Source: an uncultured virus (IMG/VR IMGVR_UViG_3300033066_002227) (Duplodnaviria; Heunggongvirae; Uroviricota; Caudoviricetes). Taken from it: a DNA stretch of 64,000 nt. The position numbers were made by a program, and so were the translations under genes. Positions 1 to 10,577 of this stretch are shown here, piece by piece (the first letter of the stretch is position 1; the number at the start of each line of letters is the position of its first letter). The DNA lies in IMG/VR virus record IMGVR_UViG_3300033066_002227, one strand, 5' to 3'. The notes under the pieces were generated by a model, which saw nothing but the letters and a program-made list of their open reading frames with translations, was not told the DNA's origin and made no database searches.

Positions 1-219
1 GCAGGATTTGAATATGACTTGCTATTCACAGAAATTAAAAATGACCTTGATGAAGAAATAGACTTTAAAGATTTTAAAGTTATTATTGATCAGCTGTCTT
101 TACAATATATAGATGGTACAACAATTGATTATTTGGAAGGGTTAGTTCAATCAGGATTTAAATTTTTAAACGATAATATAAAATCAACTTGTGGTTGTGG
201 TTCTAGTTTTTCATTTTAA
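1..219 (+). CDS. HesB/IscA/ErpA-type iron-sulfur cluster carrier (5'-truncated by window edge)
   Basis: Frame open from base 1 (AGFEYDL...); GTTIDY, GFKF.N and C-terminal CGCGSSF signature. Confidence 0.85.
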   Translation, partial: AGFEYDLLFTEIKNDLDEEIDFKDFKVIIDQLSLQYIDGTTIDYLEGLVQSGFKFLNDNIKSTCGCGSSFSF

Positions 220-234
220 CGGAGATTATCAATA

Positions 235-489
235 ATGGATGAGCAAATTTCACAAAAGACTCCAGTGTTAGCTGTGTTTAAACGTTTAAATAAGAAGAGC
301 CCATATCAATTTCATGTTTCTAAGAATTCATTAGAAGATTGTTTTAAAGTAAAAACTATTTTGTTACGTCACGCTAAAGAAGATAACGTTTATTTAGATG
401 TTATCGTTCAATCTTTTAATTCTAGAGATGAAGTACCAGCTCTTCTGCCAGAAAATCAAGTTAAAGAAGAGAAAGTATTGTTGAATTAA
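235..489 (+). CDS. hypothetical protein
   Basis: 84 aa ORF with GGAG upstream. Confidence 0.6.
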   Translation: MDEQISQKTPVLAVFKRLNKKSPYQFHVSKNSLEDCFKVKTILLRHAKEDNVYLDVIVQSFNSRDEVPALLPENQVKEEKVLLN

Positions 490-795
490 TGGAACCATTA
501 TTACTTTTATATAAAGCAATTGAATTGATGGCTGAAAATCATCAAATATTTCTTTTAGACTATATAGATTTCTCTAAAACAATAAAATATTCAGTAGCTG
601 ATTTTAGTACAACATATACGCCAAATAAAACTCGGCATTAGGTTTGATATTTTTATAAATAAAGTATCTCCTAAACTAAATTTAATTGGTGAACATAAAT
701 ATACTATTGAACATTTTCCCATAAGTATAAAGTTTCATTTATCATGCTCAGAAATTGACCCATTAAACCTTAAAAAATTACAAATTATAAAATAA
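489..795 (+). CDS. hypothetical KK-tail protein interrupted by +1 shift at in-frame CGG (633-635)
   Basis: ATG 489 overlaps upstream TAA; 48 codons then CGG CAT TAG; +1 frame GGC ATT... is open to TAA 793-795 and ends LNLKKLQIIK. Confidence 0.65.
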
Positions 796-796
796 C

Positions 797-1724
797 ATGG
801 CTGAACATAAAATATTATTATTGGTACGGTGCTCCAGCATCAGGTAAAAGCACATTTAGCAGAAAATTATTAACTGATGAACCAGGAAAATGGACGAGAG
901 TTAATAATGATTCTTTAAGAGAAGCGTTAGATTTTTCTGTTTTCTCAAATGAAAATGAAAATCTAATTAAAAAGCTTAGAAAACAAATAATTACTCTAGC
1001 TATAGAAACTTATCATAAAAATGTAGTGGTTGATAATGTTAATTGTAGCAAAGGTTTCTTTGAAGAATATTGCGAATTAGCTGAATCATTAAATCAACAC
1101 ATTGTAGTTGAAGAAAAAATCTTTTATGAGCCTTTAGATGTTCTTTTAGAAAGAGATGCTAAAAGAACATCTAAAGTTGGCCCAACTGTTGTAAAAAGCT
1201 GGTGGTCTAAGCTTGGCAAAGATAAGTTAAAAGATAGAGTTCCTAAAACTAAAACGTTTTATAAAAACATTAAAAAAACTGTAACACCATTAGTTCAAGA
1301 TGAAAGCTTGCCACATGTTGTTATTTGCGATATAGATATGACAATTGCTGATAATTCATGGAGAAGTCCATATGATGCATCTAATTGTGATAAAGATCCG
1401 CCAATTACATCTGTTATAAATATGGTTAAATTATTAAGAGATAATGGTAAAAAAATAATTTTCTTTTCTGGTAGAGAAGATAAATATGAAGCGCAAACAA
1501 GATTATTTTTAGATACACATGTTGGTGGTGAGTATGAGTTATTCATGCGTAAAACTGCCAATCAAGAAGCTGACTATATTATTAAAAATCGTATTTATGA
1601 TGAATACATCAAAGATAAGTATTATGTATATGCGTGGATAGATGACAGGCTACAAGTTTGTAAAATGGTTCATGAGTTAGGACTCCCACTTTATAGAGTT
1701 GGAGATCCTTTATCTAAATTTTAA
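797..1724 (+). CDS. T4 PseT-like polynucleotide 5'-kinase/3'-phosphatase, interrupted by +1 shift at CGG (827-829)
   Basis: MAEHKILLLV|c|GAPASGKST Walker A; +1 frame joins ORF 1026..1724, which has HAD motifs DIDMT, FSGR, IDDR. Confidence 0.88.
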
Positions 1725-1749
1725 CAATTTTTCACTAGGAGAATTCAGA

Positions 1750-2121
1750 ATGGCCAAAGCTAAAAAATCAAAAGAACTTAAAGAAGTACAGCCTGACCCT
1801 TTTAAAGAAGGGGCTTTGAAGTTGCTAAATACATATTTGCCTGAAGAGCAAGATATTGCAATTGTATCTTATCTTGATAAAGTTGAAAATAAAGAAACAA
1901 AAGAAGTTTCTGAAGTTTTAAAATCAAGATTTGTGTATGCAAAAGATAGAATTAAGTTTACTGATGAACAAATTCATATTGATCATATCAATGATGCTGT
2001 AAAGCATCCGCATAAGTTCTTTAACCTTAAATCAGTCAAAGGTGTGGCCTATGAATTAGGCGAAGAAATTGATTTGTCAAAAGTTAAAAAGCTTATTTTC
2101 CTTAAAGGTTTTAATATTTAA
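1750..2121 (+). CDS. hypothetical protein
   Basis: Probable start ATG 1750 after AGGAGA; ends KVKKLIFLKGFNI (weak KK-tail match). Confidence 0.55.
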   Translation: MAKAKKSKELKEVQPDPFKEGALKLLNTYLPEEQDIAIVSYLDKVENKETKEVSEVLKSRFVYAKDRIKFTDEQIHIDHINDAVKHPHKFFNLKSVKGVAYELGEEIDLSKVKKLIFLKGFNI

Positions 2122-2138
2122 TAGATTGCGAGATTAAA

Positions 2139-3356
2139 ATGTTATTAGTTCAAGAATTTCTTGAGACTCACACTTTTTCTGAACTTAAAGAAAAACATGG
2201 TGTAGAAGTATCCTTTAATAAAAAAGGCACTTTGTTTTCTTTAAACTATAATCAAATTGAATCAAAAAATGATGATCCATTGGCACAAGATTGTCGTGGT
2301 TTGATTCTATCATTAAATGACAAATCAAGCTTGCTAGACCAAGCTAAGCTTATCAACAATCGCTATTCTTATGATCATATTTGTCCAGGGCACACTAATA
2401 TTGTGGCTTGGCCATTTAAAAGATTTTTTAATTATGGTCAACAAGAAGCTGCTAATGTTGATATGAATGACGCTTCCATTATTCAAAAAGTAGATGGGAC
2501 TTTAATTATTTGTTATTACTTTGAAGGTAAATTTAATATTGCAACTCGTTCAGTTCCTGAAGCAGATATTGTGCTAGATCCAAATAACTCTTTAACATTT
2601 AGAACTCTTTTTGAAAAAGTGTTGAAAGAAACATATAATGTTGATTTTGATACTTTTAGCAAAGAGTTAAATCCAAATTATACATATATGTTTGAGCTCT
2701 GCTCTTATATGAATAGAATTGTTGTTCTATATGAAACAGATCAAATTTTCTTCTTGGGTGTAAGAAATAAGTTTACAGGTAAAGAAGAAGTGCCACATCA
2801 AAAACTATTTGGTATTTCTCAACCTAAAGAATTTTCTTTATCTTCAATAAATGACATTGTTTCATTTGTAAATGAAACAGATGCATTTCAACAAGAAGGC
2901 GTTGTGGTAAGAGATTCTGATTTTAATAGAATTAAAATCAAAAATCCACAACATAACTTAATGAATAAGGCAAGAGATTTGCTTGGCTCATCACAAAGAG
3001 CATGTCTATCATTAATTCTTTTAGAAAAAGATGATGATGCAATGCCTTTATTAAATGATCAAATTAAAAAGAATATTCTTTCTTTGAAAGAATCTTTTGT
3101 AAAACTTAATCATTATGTTAATGATCAATTTGATAAATGTTATGCTGATACTCAAAAAGATATAGAATTAAATAAGCAAGAAAATGCTAGAAAACTGTTT
3201 GCATTAAATGTTCAAAGATATAATTGTTTTTCTGCTTATATGTTTGATAGATTTGTTGGTAAAACTGTTGATTTTAAATCTTGGGTGTTAAGTAAACAAA
3301 AAAATAATGAGTGGCCAAACGGCTTTCTTGACTCGATTCTTGAAAACTTAAAATAA
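2139..3356 (+). CDS. T4 Rnl1-like RNA ligase
   Basis: DCRGLI, FKRFFN, KVDGTL (KxDG), YMFEL, EGVVV, KIK motifs; near PNKP. Confidence 0.85.
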   Translation: MLLVQEFLETHTFSELKEKHGVEVSFNKKGTLFSLNYNQIESKNDDPLAQDCRGLILSLNDKSSLLDQAKLINNRYSYDHICPGHTNIVAWPFKRFFNYGQQEAANVDMNDASIIQKVDGTLIICYYFEGKFNIATRSVPEADIVLDPNNSLTFRTLFEKVLKETYNVDFDTFSKELNPNYTYMFELCSYMNRIVVLYETDQIFFLGVRNKFTGKEEVPHQKLFGISQPKEFSLSSINDIVSFVNETDAFQQEGVVVRDSDFNRIKIKNPQHNLMNKARDLLGSSQRACLSLILLEKDDDAMPLLNDQIKKNILSLKESFVKLNHYVNDQFDKCYADTQKDIELNKQENARKLFALNVQRYNCFSAYMFDRFVGKTVDFKSWVLSKQKNNEWPNGFLDSILENLK

Positions 3357-3368
3357 AGGAGCAAAATA

Positions 3369-3406
3369 GCGAGGCTTTATATAAACTATAAAGCCTCAGC
3401 TTTGTT
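3369..3406 (+). terminator. probable intrinsic terminator
   Basis: GAGGCTTTATA-taaac-TATAAAGCCTC hairpin followed by a T-rich tail, after the ligase. Confidence 0.6.
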
Positions 3407-3479
3407 GTATTACACGATATAATTAACATGTACCCAGCAGCTCTCAAAATGAGAAGCTAGCTTTAAATTGATATGTTAA

Positions 3480-4214
3480 TTGATGATATTAGGAAAATCT
3501 TTGGACAATATAAAACTATTTAAGCAATTAAGTAAACTTAATACTAATTTTGATTCAACAAAACTAAATGAGATAATAACAAACTGTTTAAAATCTAAAA
3601 ATATATTAATTGCGCGCCTTATTATAGGTGATTTTAGCAAAAAAGCTAATGTAAATGATCTCATAAACATGATTTATGAGCATGGAAAACCTATTGATCT
3701 AGCTAAAACGATAAGTTTTATTGATCAAAAACACTTTAAATTATTTAAAGCTAAAATTATAAAATCAAAAAATGATAAAGCTTTGTTTTTGTTTGCTATA
3801 AAGACAAAGGATAATGATGTAATTAATACATTGATTAATTTTTCAATTAAAAATAATAAATATAGTAGATGCCATGACATTGTAAGATATTTGCCTTATA
3901 AAAATATTAACGTAAATAAATTTACCAAAGCTTTTATAGAATCTAAAAATCCAAGATTTTGTTACTTTTTTGCCAAAACAATTGAAGATAATTTAGATGA
4001 TAAAAACTTTAATAAAATTAAGAAATTACAACAAGTATGTATAGATTCAAAACAAAGTAATTTTATAAGATTATTTGCAACACATATTAAAAATGCAAAT
4101 TTTCTATTATTAGAAAGAGCAATTGCAAATACAACAGACATTAAACAAAAACAACTATTTTTAAAGCGTTTTCCAAATGCTTTATTTGTTAAAAAATCTC
4201 TACTACTTTATTAA
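3480..4214 (+). CDS. helical-repeat hypothetical protein with KK-tail
   Basis: Repeated 'I.SK....LFA' units; ends FVKKSLLLY. Confidence 0.6.
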   Translation: MMILGKSLDNIKLFKQLSKLNTNFDSTKLNEIITNCLKSKNILIARLIIGDFSKKANVNDLINMIYEHGKPIDLAKTISFIDQKHFKLFKAKIIKSKNDKALFLFAIKTKDNDVINTLINFSIKNNKYSRCHDIVRYLPYKNINVNKFTKAFIESKNPRFCYFFAKTIEDNLDDKNFNKIKKLQQVCIDSKQSNFIRLFATHIKNANFLLLERAIANTTDIKQKQLFLKRFPNALFVKKSLLLY

Positions 4215-4223
4215 GATATCTCT

Positions 4224-4622
4224 ATGAAAATATTTTCACAGCTTTCTACAGAAAAGCAACAACAGGCTATAAAATACTGTATTTCTTTAATTATTGATGA
4301 TGCTTTAACAGGAGATTTGACAATTGATTCTGAACAAGGAGCTTCAGAAATAGATGTTTCTGAGTATATTTCTTCTTTAGTTGAAGATTCATTAAGTTTA
4401 CCAGAAAATAAAAGAAAAGATTTTCTATTAGCTGACGAGATAGCTTGTGATATTTTCAATGAACTAGCATTAGAAATGGCCAAATCTGCCTTTTATCATC
4501 AAGATGATGAGTTTGTCATTTTTGAAAATGACATGATAAAGGAAGCACAAAGAGATACAGATCCTGCCCCGCCGCTGATTAACACAAATTTACCACCAGG
4601 TAATGGTGGGATGATTAATTAA
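4224..4622 (+). CDS. acidic hypothetical protein
   Basis: 132 aa ORF. Confidence 0.55.
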   Translation: MKIFSQLSTEKQQQAIKYCISLIIDDALTGDLTIDSEQGASEIDVSEYISSLVEDSLSLPENKRKDFLLADEIACDIFNELALEMAKSAFYHQDDEFVIFENDMIKEAQRDTDPAPPLINTNLPPGNGGMIN

Positions 4623-5320
4623 GTTTGGGTAATCTCTTCACCATTTACTCTTAAAATAGAGTATTTTATAAAATCAACTTGATTAATTTCAAGCCTTTCA
4701 TTAATGCAGTTTTGTTTTAATAAACTTTCGGGCAAAAATTCCGTCTGGTTTGTTAATCTATCAAAATTAATGAAAGTTTTAGAGTATTTATCCATTGCTT
4801 CTGGAGTTCCAATAGCAAATTGGTCATTTATACCTGAATAGTTTCCAAAATTTGGAATATAAATTGAATTATTATCGTTAATAACTGACAAATGTTCTTT
4901 GGTGATGGGCGATTTAAATTTTAAATCGGGTCTTAGTCTAATTACAACATCATACTCACAGTTATTGTCTTTGCAATATTTTTTAAATATCTCATTAGCT
5001 TTAAAGATAGAATAAAACATTGTTAATACTCCACTTGGGCTTCTTTTATCAATAAGCTTAGCTTTATATCTGTCAGCATTTAATACTTGTTGCTTTTGAG
5101 ACTCCATTGCTTTTGGCTTTAATACAGAATTAATTAAACCTAGCATTGGATAAATATTACTTGTTGTTAAATGAACATCAATGAATTTATTAATACCCAT
5201 TTGCGTCCAAGTAAACATAAAACAATCTGGTTCTAATGTATTTAATAAATTTTCTTGAATAAATGGTAAACATTTTTGAAATGATCTTAAATGTCCGCTA
5301 AATAATAACGCAACTTTCAT
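4619..5320 (-). CDS. putative glycosyltransferase-like/glycan-modifying protein (SGHLR...RxD...NDQFA family)
   Basis: Motifs shared with 11292, 12752 and 13441 paralogs. Confidence 0.6.
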   Translation of the reverse strand: MKVALLFSGHLRSFQKCLPFIQENLLNTLEPDCFMFTWTQMGINKFIDVHLTTSNIYPMLGLINSVLKPKAMESQKQQVLNADRYKAKLIDKRSPSGVLTMFYSIFKANEIFKKYCKDNNCEYDVVIRLRPDLKFKSPITKEHLSVINDNNSIYIPNFGNYSGINDQFAIGTPEAMDKYSKTFINFDRLTNQTEFLPESLLKQNCINERLEINQVDFIKYSILRVNGEEITQT

Positions 5321-5336
5321 CTAGAATAGATATAAC

Positions 5337-5819
5337 ATGTATAAAAGTCTTGATTTCAGTATTAATGAATTAAAATATGAAATTGATAAATTGGAAAAAA
5401 TTAAAACTATTTTCCCAGAATGCGTAGCTGAAGGTGGTAGTTTTTTATTGCCAACAAAATATCTATCTGAACAAGAGCTAATTAAAGTTGTTAGTAATAA
5501 TTCTTATTATATTGAATTTGATTTTCATCCAGATATAAAAAAAGAAGTTATGTACATTAAATATTTAAATTCTGTTAGAAAAAGAATATGTAAAGATACT
5601 GTCGTTCCATTTGGTTTAATGGGTGATGTATTAGCAATTAATCAAAGCACAAAAAAACATAGTAATAATACTTTCCTCATAAATGAAAAGTTAGATTATA
5701 ATTGGATAGTTTTTATTCAAAAAAATAACAAAATATTGTTTGAAAATATTTTAGAATATTTTGAAAAATATAACGTTTCATTAAATGATAAATTTAAAAA
5801 GGTAATGATGTTATTATGA
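5337..5819 (+). CDS. hypothetical KK-tail protein
   Basis: Ends KFKKVMMLL; FPEC..E...FLLP shared with next gene. Confidence 0.7.
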   Translation: MYKSLDFSINELKYEIDKLEKIKTIFPECVAEGGSFLLPTKYLSEQELIKVVSNNSYYIEFDFHPDIKKEVMYIKYLNSVRKRICKDTVVPFGLMGDVLAINQSTKKHSNNTFLINEKLDYNWIVFIQKNNKILFENILEYFEKYNVSLNDKFKKVMMLL

Positions 5820-6292
5820 GTTGGCTTTGTAATATTGAAGAATGGATTAATAGAAAATATGAAGATTTAAATATATTAAGGGCAATTAAAAATCATTTTC
5901 CAGAATGTATGGTTGAGCCTGATTATGAGGGTCAAATAAATTTTTTATTGCCAATCTCTAATTTTTCTGATGATGAGTTAAAAGAATTAATGAGAGATAG
6001 TCTTTATAATGATAGTGATAAACATAACATTTATTTAAGATCATATGGAGCTGTTTGGAAAAGTATTCCATCAGTTGGACCATCACAATCATTTTCTATT
6101 TCTCCAATAGAGTTCTTAAAAATAAACAAGGGAAAAGATGATTTTAAACAAATCACTTATTATACTCTTGTTGATAATTTTGATTATGAGCTTATATTAA
6201 AATACAATAAAGATTATTTATTTCGTGTTTTAAATGAATTTAAGCCTACAAATATTCCAGACAAATTAAAAAAAATAATGATGTTATTATGA
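5816..6292 (+). CDS. hypothetical KK-tail protein
   Basis: Ends KLKKIMMLL; ATGA overlap. Confidence 0.7.
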   Translation: MSWLCNIEEWINRKYEDLNILRAIKNHFPECMVEPDYEGQINFLLPISNFSDDELKELMRDSLYNDSDKHNIYLRSYGAVWKSIPSVGPSQSFSISPIEFLKINKGKDDFKQITYYTLVDNFDYELILKYNKDYLFRVLNEFKPTNIPDKLKKIMMLL

Positions 6293-6762
6293 ATATAGAA
6301 GAGTTAGAAAAATATATAAAAGACAAGTTAGTAAAAGATTTTCGTCATTTTCCCATGGGCAATGAAAATATTGCTGGTTTTGTAATTAATAAAAATGAGG
6401 ATTTTTCTAAATTAGAAAATTATACTATTAGGTGTATTTATAATGATGTAATTTACAAACCAATTCTTAATGTTATGACTTTTGCATACAATATGCAACC
6501 AGGTAATAGCTATAATATTTGTAGATTTGATTCGGTTAAAATAATAATAGATAATTTTTTATTAAATATTAATATTGATTCAGAGGTAATTATACAACAA
6601 CAATTTAATGTTTTAACAAAAACTTATAATGATCATTATATTTGTTCATTAAATATAGAAAATGATTGTGAAAATTTCACACCTAAGTTTGTAAAAACAT
6701 TTAAAAATACAAAAATTTATGATTTGCCAATTAAATTAAAGAAAGCACTAATGTTAGTATGA
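6289..6762 (+). CDS. hypothetical KK-tail protein
   Basis: Ends KLKKALMLV; ATGA overlap. Confidence 0.7.
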   Translation: MNIEELEKYIKDKLVKDFRHFPMGNENIAGFVINKNEDFSKLENYTIRCIYNDVIYKPILNVMTFAYNMQPGNSYNICRFDSVKIIIDNFLLNINIDSEVIIQQQFNVLTKTYNDHYICSLNIENDCENFTPKFVKTFKNTKIYDLPIKLKKALMLV

Positions 6763-7292
6763 ATACTCCACTTATTTTCGCTAAACATATAATTAAAGAC
6801 ACAATAGATTTTTTCTCAATCTATATAAATGAAACTATTCCGCGTGAATTTAAAGAATTAAAAGAAAAATATAAAGTAGTTTATTTTTTAAATAAAAAAT
6901 ATAATATAACAGAATCAGTTTATTATGATAATTATATGGGGGCTTATATATGTTATACTGATGTTTTAAATTTAAACAAAAATATTATAACAGATTATGA
7001 TATTTCATATACACATAATGCTTGTTTTATAAATTTTAATGTAATTGATGATGAGCTTCTTGATACCAATGGTGTTAAAGAACATGATATTGAAATAAAT
7101 ATAAACAGCTTTGATGTTTTAATATTTGCAAATAATAAATGGATCTGGGAAGATTCTGAACAATTAAGATCTCTAATAAATAGAGATAAAGGTTTGTTTT
7201 ATAGCAAAATAACATTTTCCATGAAAGACACGGAGATTGATTGCGATAATCTTCCCACAGAAGTTAAAAAATATATGATGCTATCTAAATAA
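6759..7292 (+). CDS. hypothetical KK-tail protein
   Basis: Ends EVKKYMMLSK. Confidence 0.7.
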   Translation: MNTPLIFAKHIIKDTIDFFSIYINETIPREFKELKEKYKVVYFLNKKYNITESVYYDNYMGAYICYTDVLNLNKNIITDYDISYTHNACFINFNVIDDELLDTNGVKEHDIEININSFDVLIFANNKWIWEDSEQLRSLINRDKGLFYSKITFSMKDTEIDCDNLPTEVKKYMMLSK

Positions 7293-7312
7293 GATATATA
7301 GTAATTGGAGAG

Positions 7313-8116
7313 ATGATGTATTACTTGACAAATTGTTCTATTGTGAAAAATGAATTCCCGTACATATTAGAGTACTATTCTATACATAAATATCTTGGTG
7401 TGGAACATTTTTTATTTTTTGATCGTTCAACAGAAGGACCTCCTTTAAAGGATTTGTTTAAAGATCATTCAGATGTTGAGGTAATTCATTTTCCTGAACC
7501 TAATAGACATGCCTTAGCTTGGCTTCAAGGTAGAAACTATTATGAAAACAAAACTGTATTCACTCAATTCATAGACATTGATGAAGTTGTAGTTCCAATG
7601 AATGGGAAATCTATTCCAGAAATGCTTGAACCATTTGATAGAATCCCTAATTTAGGTTCAGTTGGCTTGAATTGGCATACATTTGGTTCTTCTGGAAGAG
7701 AAGATGAACCAGATTATACCACAACTTCCACATATGAAGCTTATACAAAACGTTCTGATTCAGGTGCTGGAATTAATAACCATATACAATCAATTTGTAA
7801 ACCTCAAAATATGGTTCCAAGAGTTTGGGATGATCCACATGGTGGGCCAGTTAAACCAGGATTTATTCAAGTTAATGAATCGCAAGCTAGATCTAATGGG
7901 CCGTTTAATATTCCTCCAACCCAAAATGTTGGATTTATTGCTCACTATTATACTCGTTCCAGAGCTTATTGGCAAAAGAAAATCTCAAAAATGAGAGCCG
8001 ATACAGGAACTTCTGGTGGCACAATGGAAGATTTTGACCATCATCAAGTTTATATGAATTCTGTAGAAGATTTAACCGTGAAAAATATTTGGGATAAAGC
8101 TAAACTCATCAAATGA
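7313..8116 (+). CDS. glycosyltransferase (GT2/GT92-like)
   Basis: IVKNE.PYILE...H...GVEHF..FD, FIDIDE (DxD), W..FGSSG, IAHYYTRS. Confidence 0.8.
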   Translation: MMYYLTNCSIVKNEFPYILEYYSIHKYLGVEHFLFFDRSTEGPPLKDLFKDHSDVEVIHFPEPNRHALAWLQGRNYYENKTVFTQFIDIDEVVVPMNGKSIPEMLEPFDRIPNLGSVGLNWHTFGSSGREDEPDYTTTSTYEAYTKRSDSGAGINNHIQSICKPQNMVPRVWDDPHGGPVKPGFIQVNESQARSNGPFNIPPTQNVGFIAHYYTRSRAYWQKKISKMRADTGTSGGTMEDFDHHQVYMNSVEDLTVKNIWDKAKLIK

Positions 8117-8466
8117 TTAATCTGGATATAAATCCAATATTTAGTTTAATATGTATGGAAGATGGTGTTGAAGAAATACTAAGCGTTTTATTTATTACAA
8201 CAAATAAAGATTGGATCTATAGAAGAGTTCATTGTCTAAATAATAGAGATAGTAAATATATTTTCTTTCTTGAAGAAATATATTTGCAAAATGCAAATAT
8301 ATATGAGCAAGCAATTTCTTTATTGCAGGTTTTTCATACTCCAAAATTTATTCCTCCTGGAAAAGTTAATTTACCTATAATTGATATTTTTACTTATCGT
8401 AAAATTATAGATTATTTGTCATCTAATGATTTAAAATCTTTAAAAAAGATGCTTATATTACAGTGA
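8113..8466 (+). CDS. hypothetical KK-tail protein
   Basis: Ends SLKKMLILQ. Confidence 0.65.
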   Translation: MINLDINPIFSLICMEDGVEEILSVLFITTNKDWIYRRVHCLNNRDSKYIFFLEEIYLQNANIYEQAISLLQVFHTPKFIPPGKVNLPIIDIFTYRKIIDYLSSNDLKSLKKMLILQ

Positions 8467-8469
8467 ATT

Positions 8470-8763
8470 ATGATTAATATAAAAATCAAATCTTGCATTA
8501 GATTAAAGCAACACAAGCTTGTTAACTTTGATGCCTTACAGTTTTTAACAGATCATACAAATCAAGTATGGAATCAATATTCTATGTATTGTTTAGGAAA
8601 TGCGTATCATTTTGTTTTTATTGATGAAGAATCTAAATTTTGGGAAAATATCATTACATTTTTGGATGATTCAAAATATAATGCTGAGCTATTTGTAGAA
8701 ATTTTACATTATATAGATAATAATGATACTGATAAACTTAAAAAATTACTGATGTTAAAATAA
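8470..8763 (+). CDS. hypothetical KK-tail protein
   Basis: Ends KLKKLLMLK; tail 'II.Y...ND...LKK' like the preceding gene. Confidence 0.65.
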   Translation: MINIKIKSCIRLKQHKLVNFDALQFLTDHTNQVWNQYSMYCLGNAYHFVFIDEESKFWENIITFLDDSKYNAELFVEILHYIDNNDTDKLKKLLMLK

Positions 8764-9208
8764 TAACTCCTCTTCCTCAAATAGATCTGGATAATCTGTA
8801 CATATAGCTCCACACATTTTTGGATTATATGTATTAATAGATAATTCTGGCATACAGCAAACGCTATTTGTACCTAATAATGGTTTGTTTGGATAAACCC
8901 ATACCCAACCATTACTTGTTAGTGTATAATCATCATTTTGATGCCAAAATGTAGTTAAATTATTTTCTAAAAGCTTTGAAAGCGCCTCTTTATTTTTTGC
9001 ATGGCACCAAAGCCCATTCATTCTTAAGAAATGAATGCTTACATGATGTTCAGGAAGATCATGACCAAGATACCATTTATTTTCTATAAACCAAACATCT
9101 ATTTCTACGTCATATTTTAATTTTAAACATTTTAAAATTTGCTCAGGATGATTTTCTACATCTTTATTTGGTCCGAAATATATTAGCTCGATGTGCTATA
9201 ACTCTCAT
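8755..9208 (-). CDS. GDPD/PLC-like phosphodiesterase-family protein, interrupted by +1 shift at CGG (9175-9173)
   Basis: MRVIAHRANIF|c|GPNKDVEN...DVEIDVW...YLGHD...LWCHAKN...ICTDY; shifted frame joins ORF 8755..9021. Confidence 0.75.
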
Positions 9209-9242
9209 GCTCTACATATATTCCATGTTATATATTTCTTAA

Positions 9243-10577
9243 ATGATAAAATTAATAGTGTCTGATTTTGATGGCGTAATTGCAGATTGTAAAGAAATTC
9301 ATTATAAATCTCTTAACTTAGCCTTAGAGTCTGTTGATTCAAAGTATATAATTTCTAGAGAAGATCATTTAAAAACATTTGATGGCTTATCTACTAGAAA
9401 AAAAATACAAATTCTGGTTAAAACTAGAGGCTTTCCTCAATCTGCTGAAAAACAAGTATTTGATTTAAAACAAAAGTATACTTGGGAAGTTATGAATGAA
9501 TTGCTTAAGCCCGATCTAAGGCTTCAAAAGATTTTTAAACAGTTAAAAGATGAAGGATATACAATCTATGTTGCTTCTAATGCTGTATATCAAACAATCA
9601 AGATTGGTCTCTTAAGATTGGGTCTTATGGAGTATGTTGATCGCATCTTCTCAAACGAGGACGTTAAACAACCCAAGCCGCACCCAGAAATCTATTTGAC
9701 AGCTATGGTGCATGCAGGAGCTATGCCCTCGGAAACGATTGTTATAGAGGATTCTGCCCATGGTAGGGATGCTGGTATTATGTCAGGCGCTTTCCTTTGT
9801 GGAGTAGATAACCCTGAAGACCTTACATTTGAAAAACTTAAGAGAGCCATTTCATTAGCTGAGACCTCTTCTCAAGTAGAAAGAGTTTGGCAAGATAATG
9901 AAACTAATATAGTAATTCCTATGGCTAAAAACTATAATGGATTTGATATTCCTAAGTTTTTAACAGAAATAGATGGTAAAACATTAATTGAAAGAGTTGT
10001 TAGATCTTTAAAAATAAAAGGCAAATATATCTTTGTTGCTAAAGAAGATGATATTAGTAAATATAATTTAAAACATTTTTTAAAATTATTAGAACCAAAT
10101 TCTGAACTAATATCAGTTAAAGATCAATGTAATGGATCTGTTTACTCTACTTTGGCAGCTAAGCATCTTATAAATAACAAAAATCATTTAATGATTGCTG
10201 ATTGCGATAAAATATTAGATTTTGACTCGTCTTATTTTTGCTATTCAATAATTTCGGAAGATTATGATGGTGGAACTTTGGTATTTAATACCAAGGACCC
10301 TAAATTTTCTTATATTAAAACAGATGAACTTGGGTTCTTAACAGAATCTCATGAAAAAGAAGTTATTTCTAACTTAGCTAATTGTGGACTATATGCCTTT
10401 AATCATGGAAAAGATTATATTAAATATAGTGAAGAATTAATAAATGAAAATCCAAACAATACTCTTTATGTGAGCATGGTAATGGATAAATTTGCTCTAG
10501 ATAAAAAGAAAATTAAGAAATTTGAAACAAATAAGATATTCTTTCTAGATTCTAAAGAAGATATTAAATATTTTTAA
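9243..10577 (+). CDS. HAD phosphatase fused to a degenerate nucleotidyltransferase domain
   Basis: DFDGV, KPHPEIY, IEDS; C-terminal IVIPMA...PK domain lacking GAGSRF. Confidence 0.8.
   Translation: MIKLIVSDFDGVIADCKEIHYKSLNLALESVDSKYIISREDHLKTFDGLSTRKKIQILVKTRGFPQSAEKQVFDLKQKYTWEVMNELLKPDLRLQKIFKQLKDEGYTIYVASNAVYQTIKIGLLRLGLMEYVDRIFSNEDVKQPKPHPEIYLTAMVHAGAMPSETIVIEDSAHGRDAGIMSGAFLCGVDNPEDLTFEKLKRAISLAETSSQVERVWQDNETNIVIPMAKNYNGFDIPKFLTEIDGKTLIERVVRSLKIKGKYIFVAKEDDISKYNLKHFLKLLEPNSELISVKDQCNGSVYSTLAAKHLINNKNHLMIADCDKILDFDSSYFCYSIISEDYDGGTLVFNTKDPKFSYIKTDELGFLTESHEKEVISNLANCGLYAFNHGKDYIKYSEELINENPNNTLYVSMVMDKFALDKKKIKKFETNKIFFLDSKEDIKYF

Noticed and set aside
5337..7292. Classical integron cassette array
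   Set aside because: Genes overlap by ATGA with no room for attC palindromes, and no IntI is present in the window.
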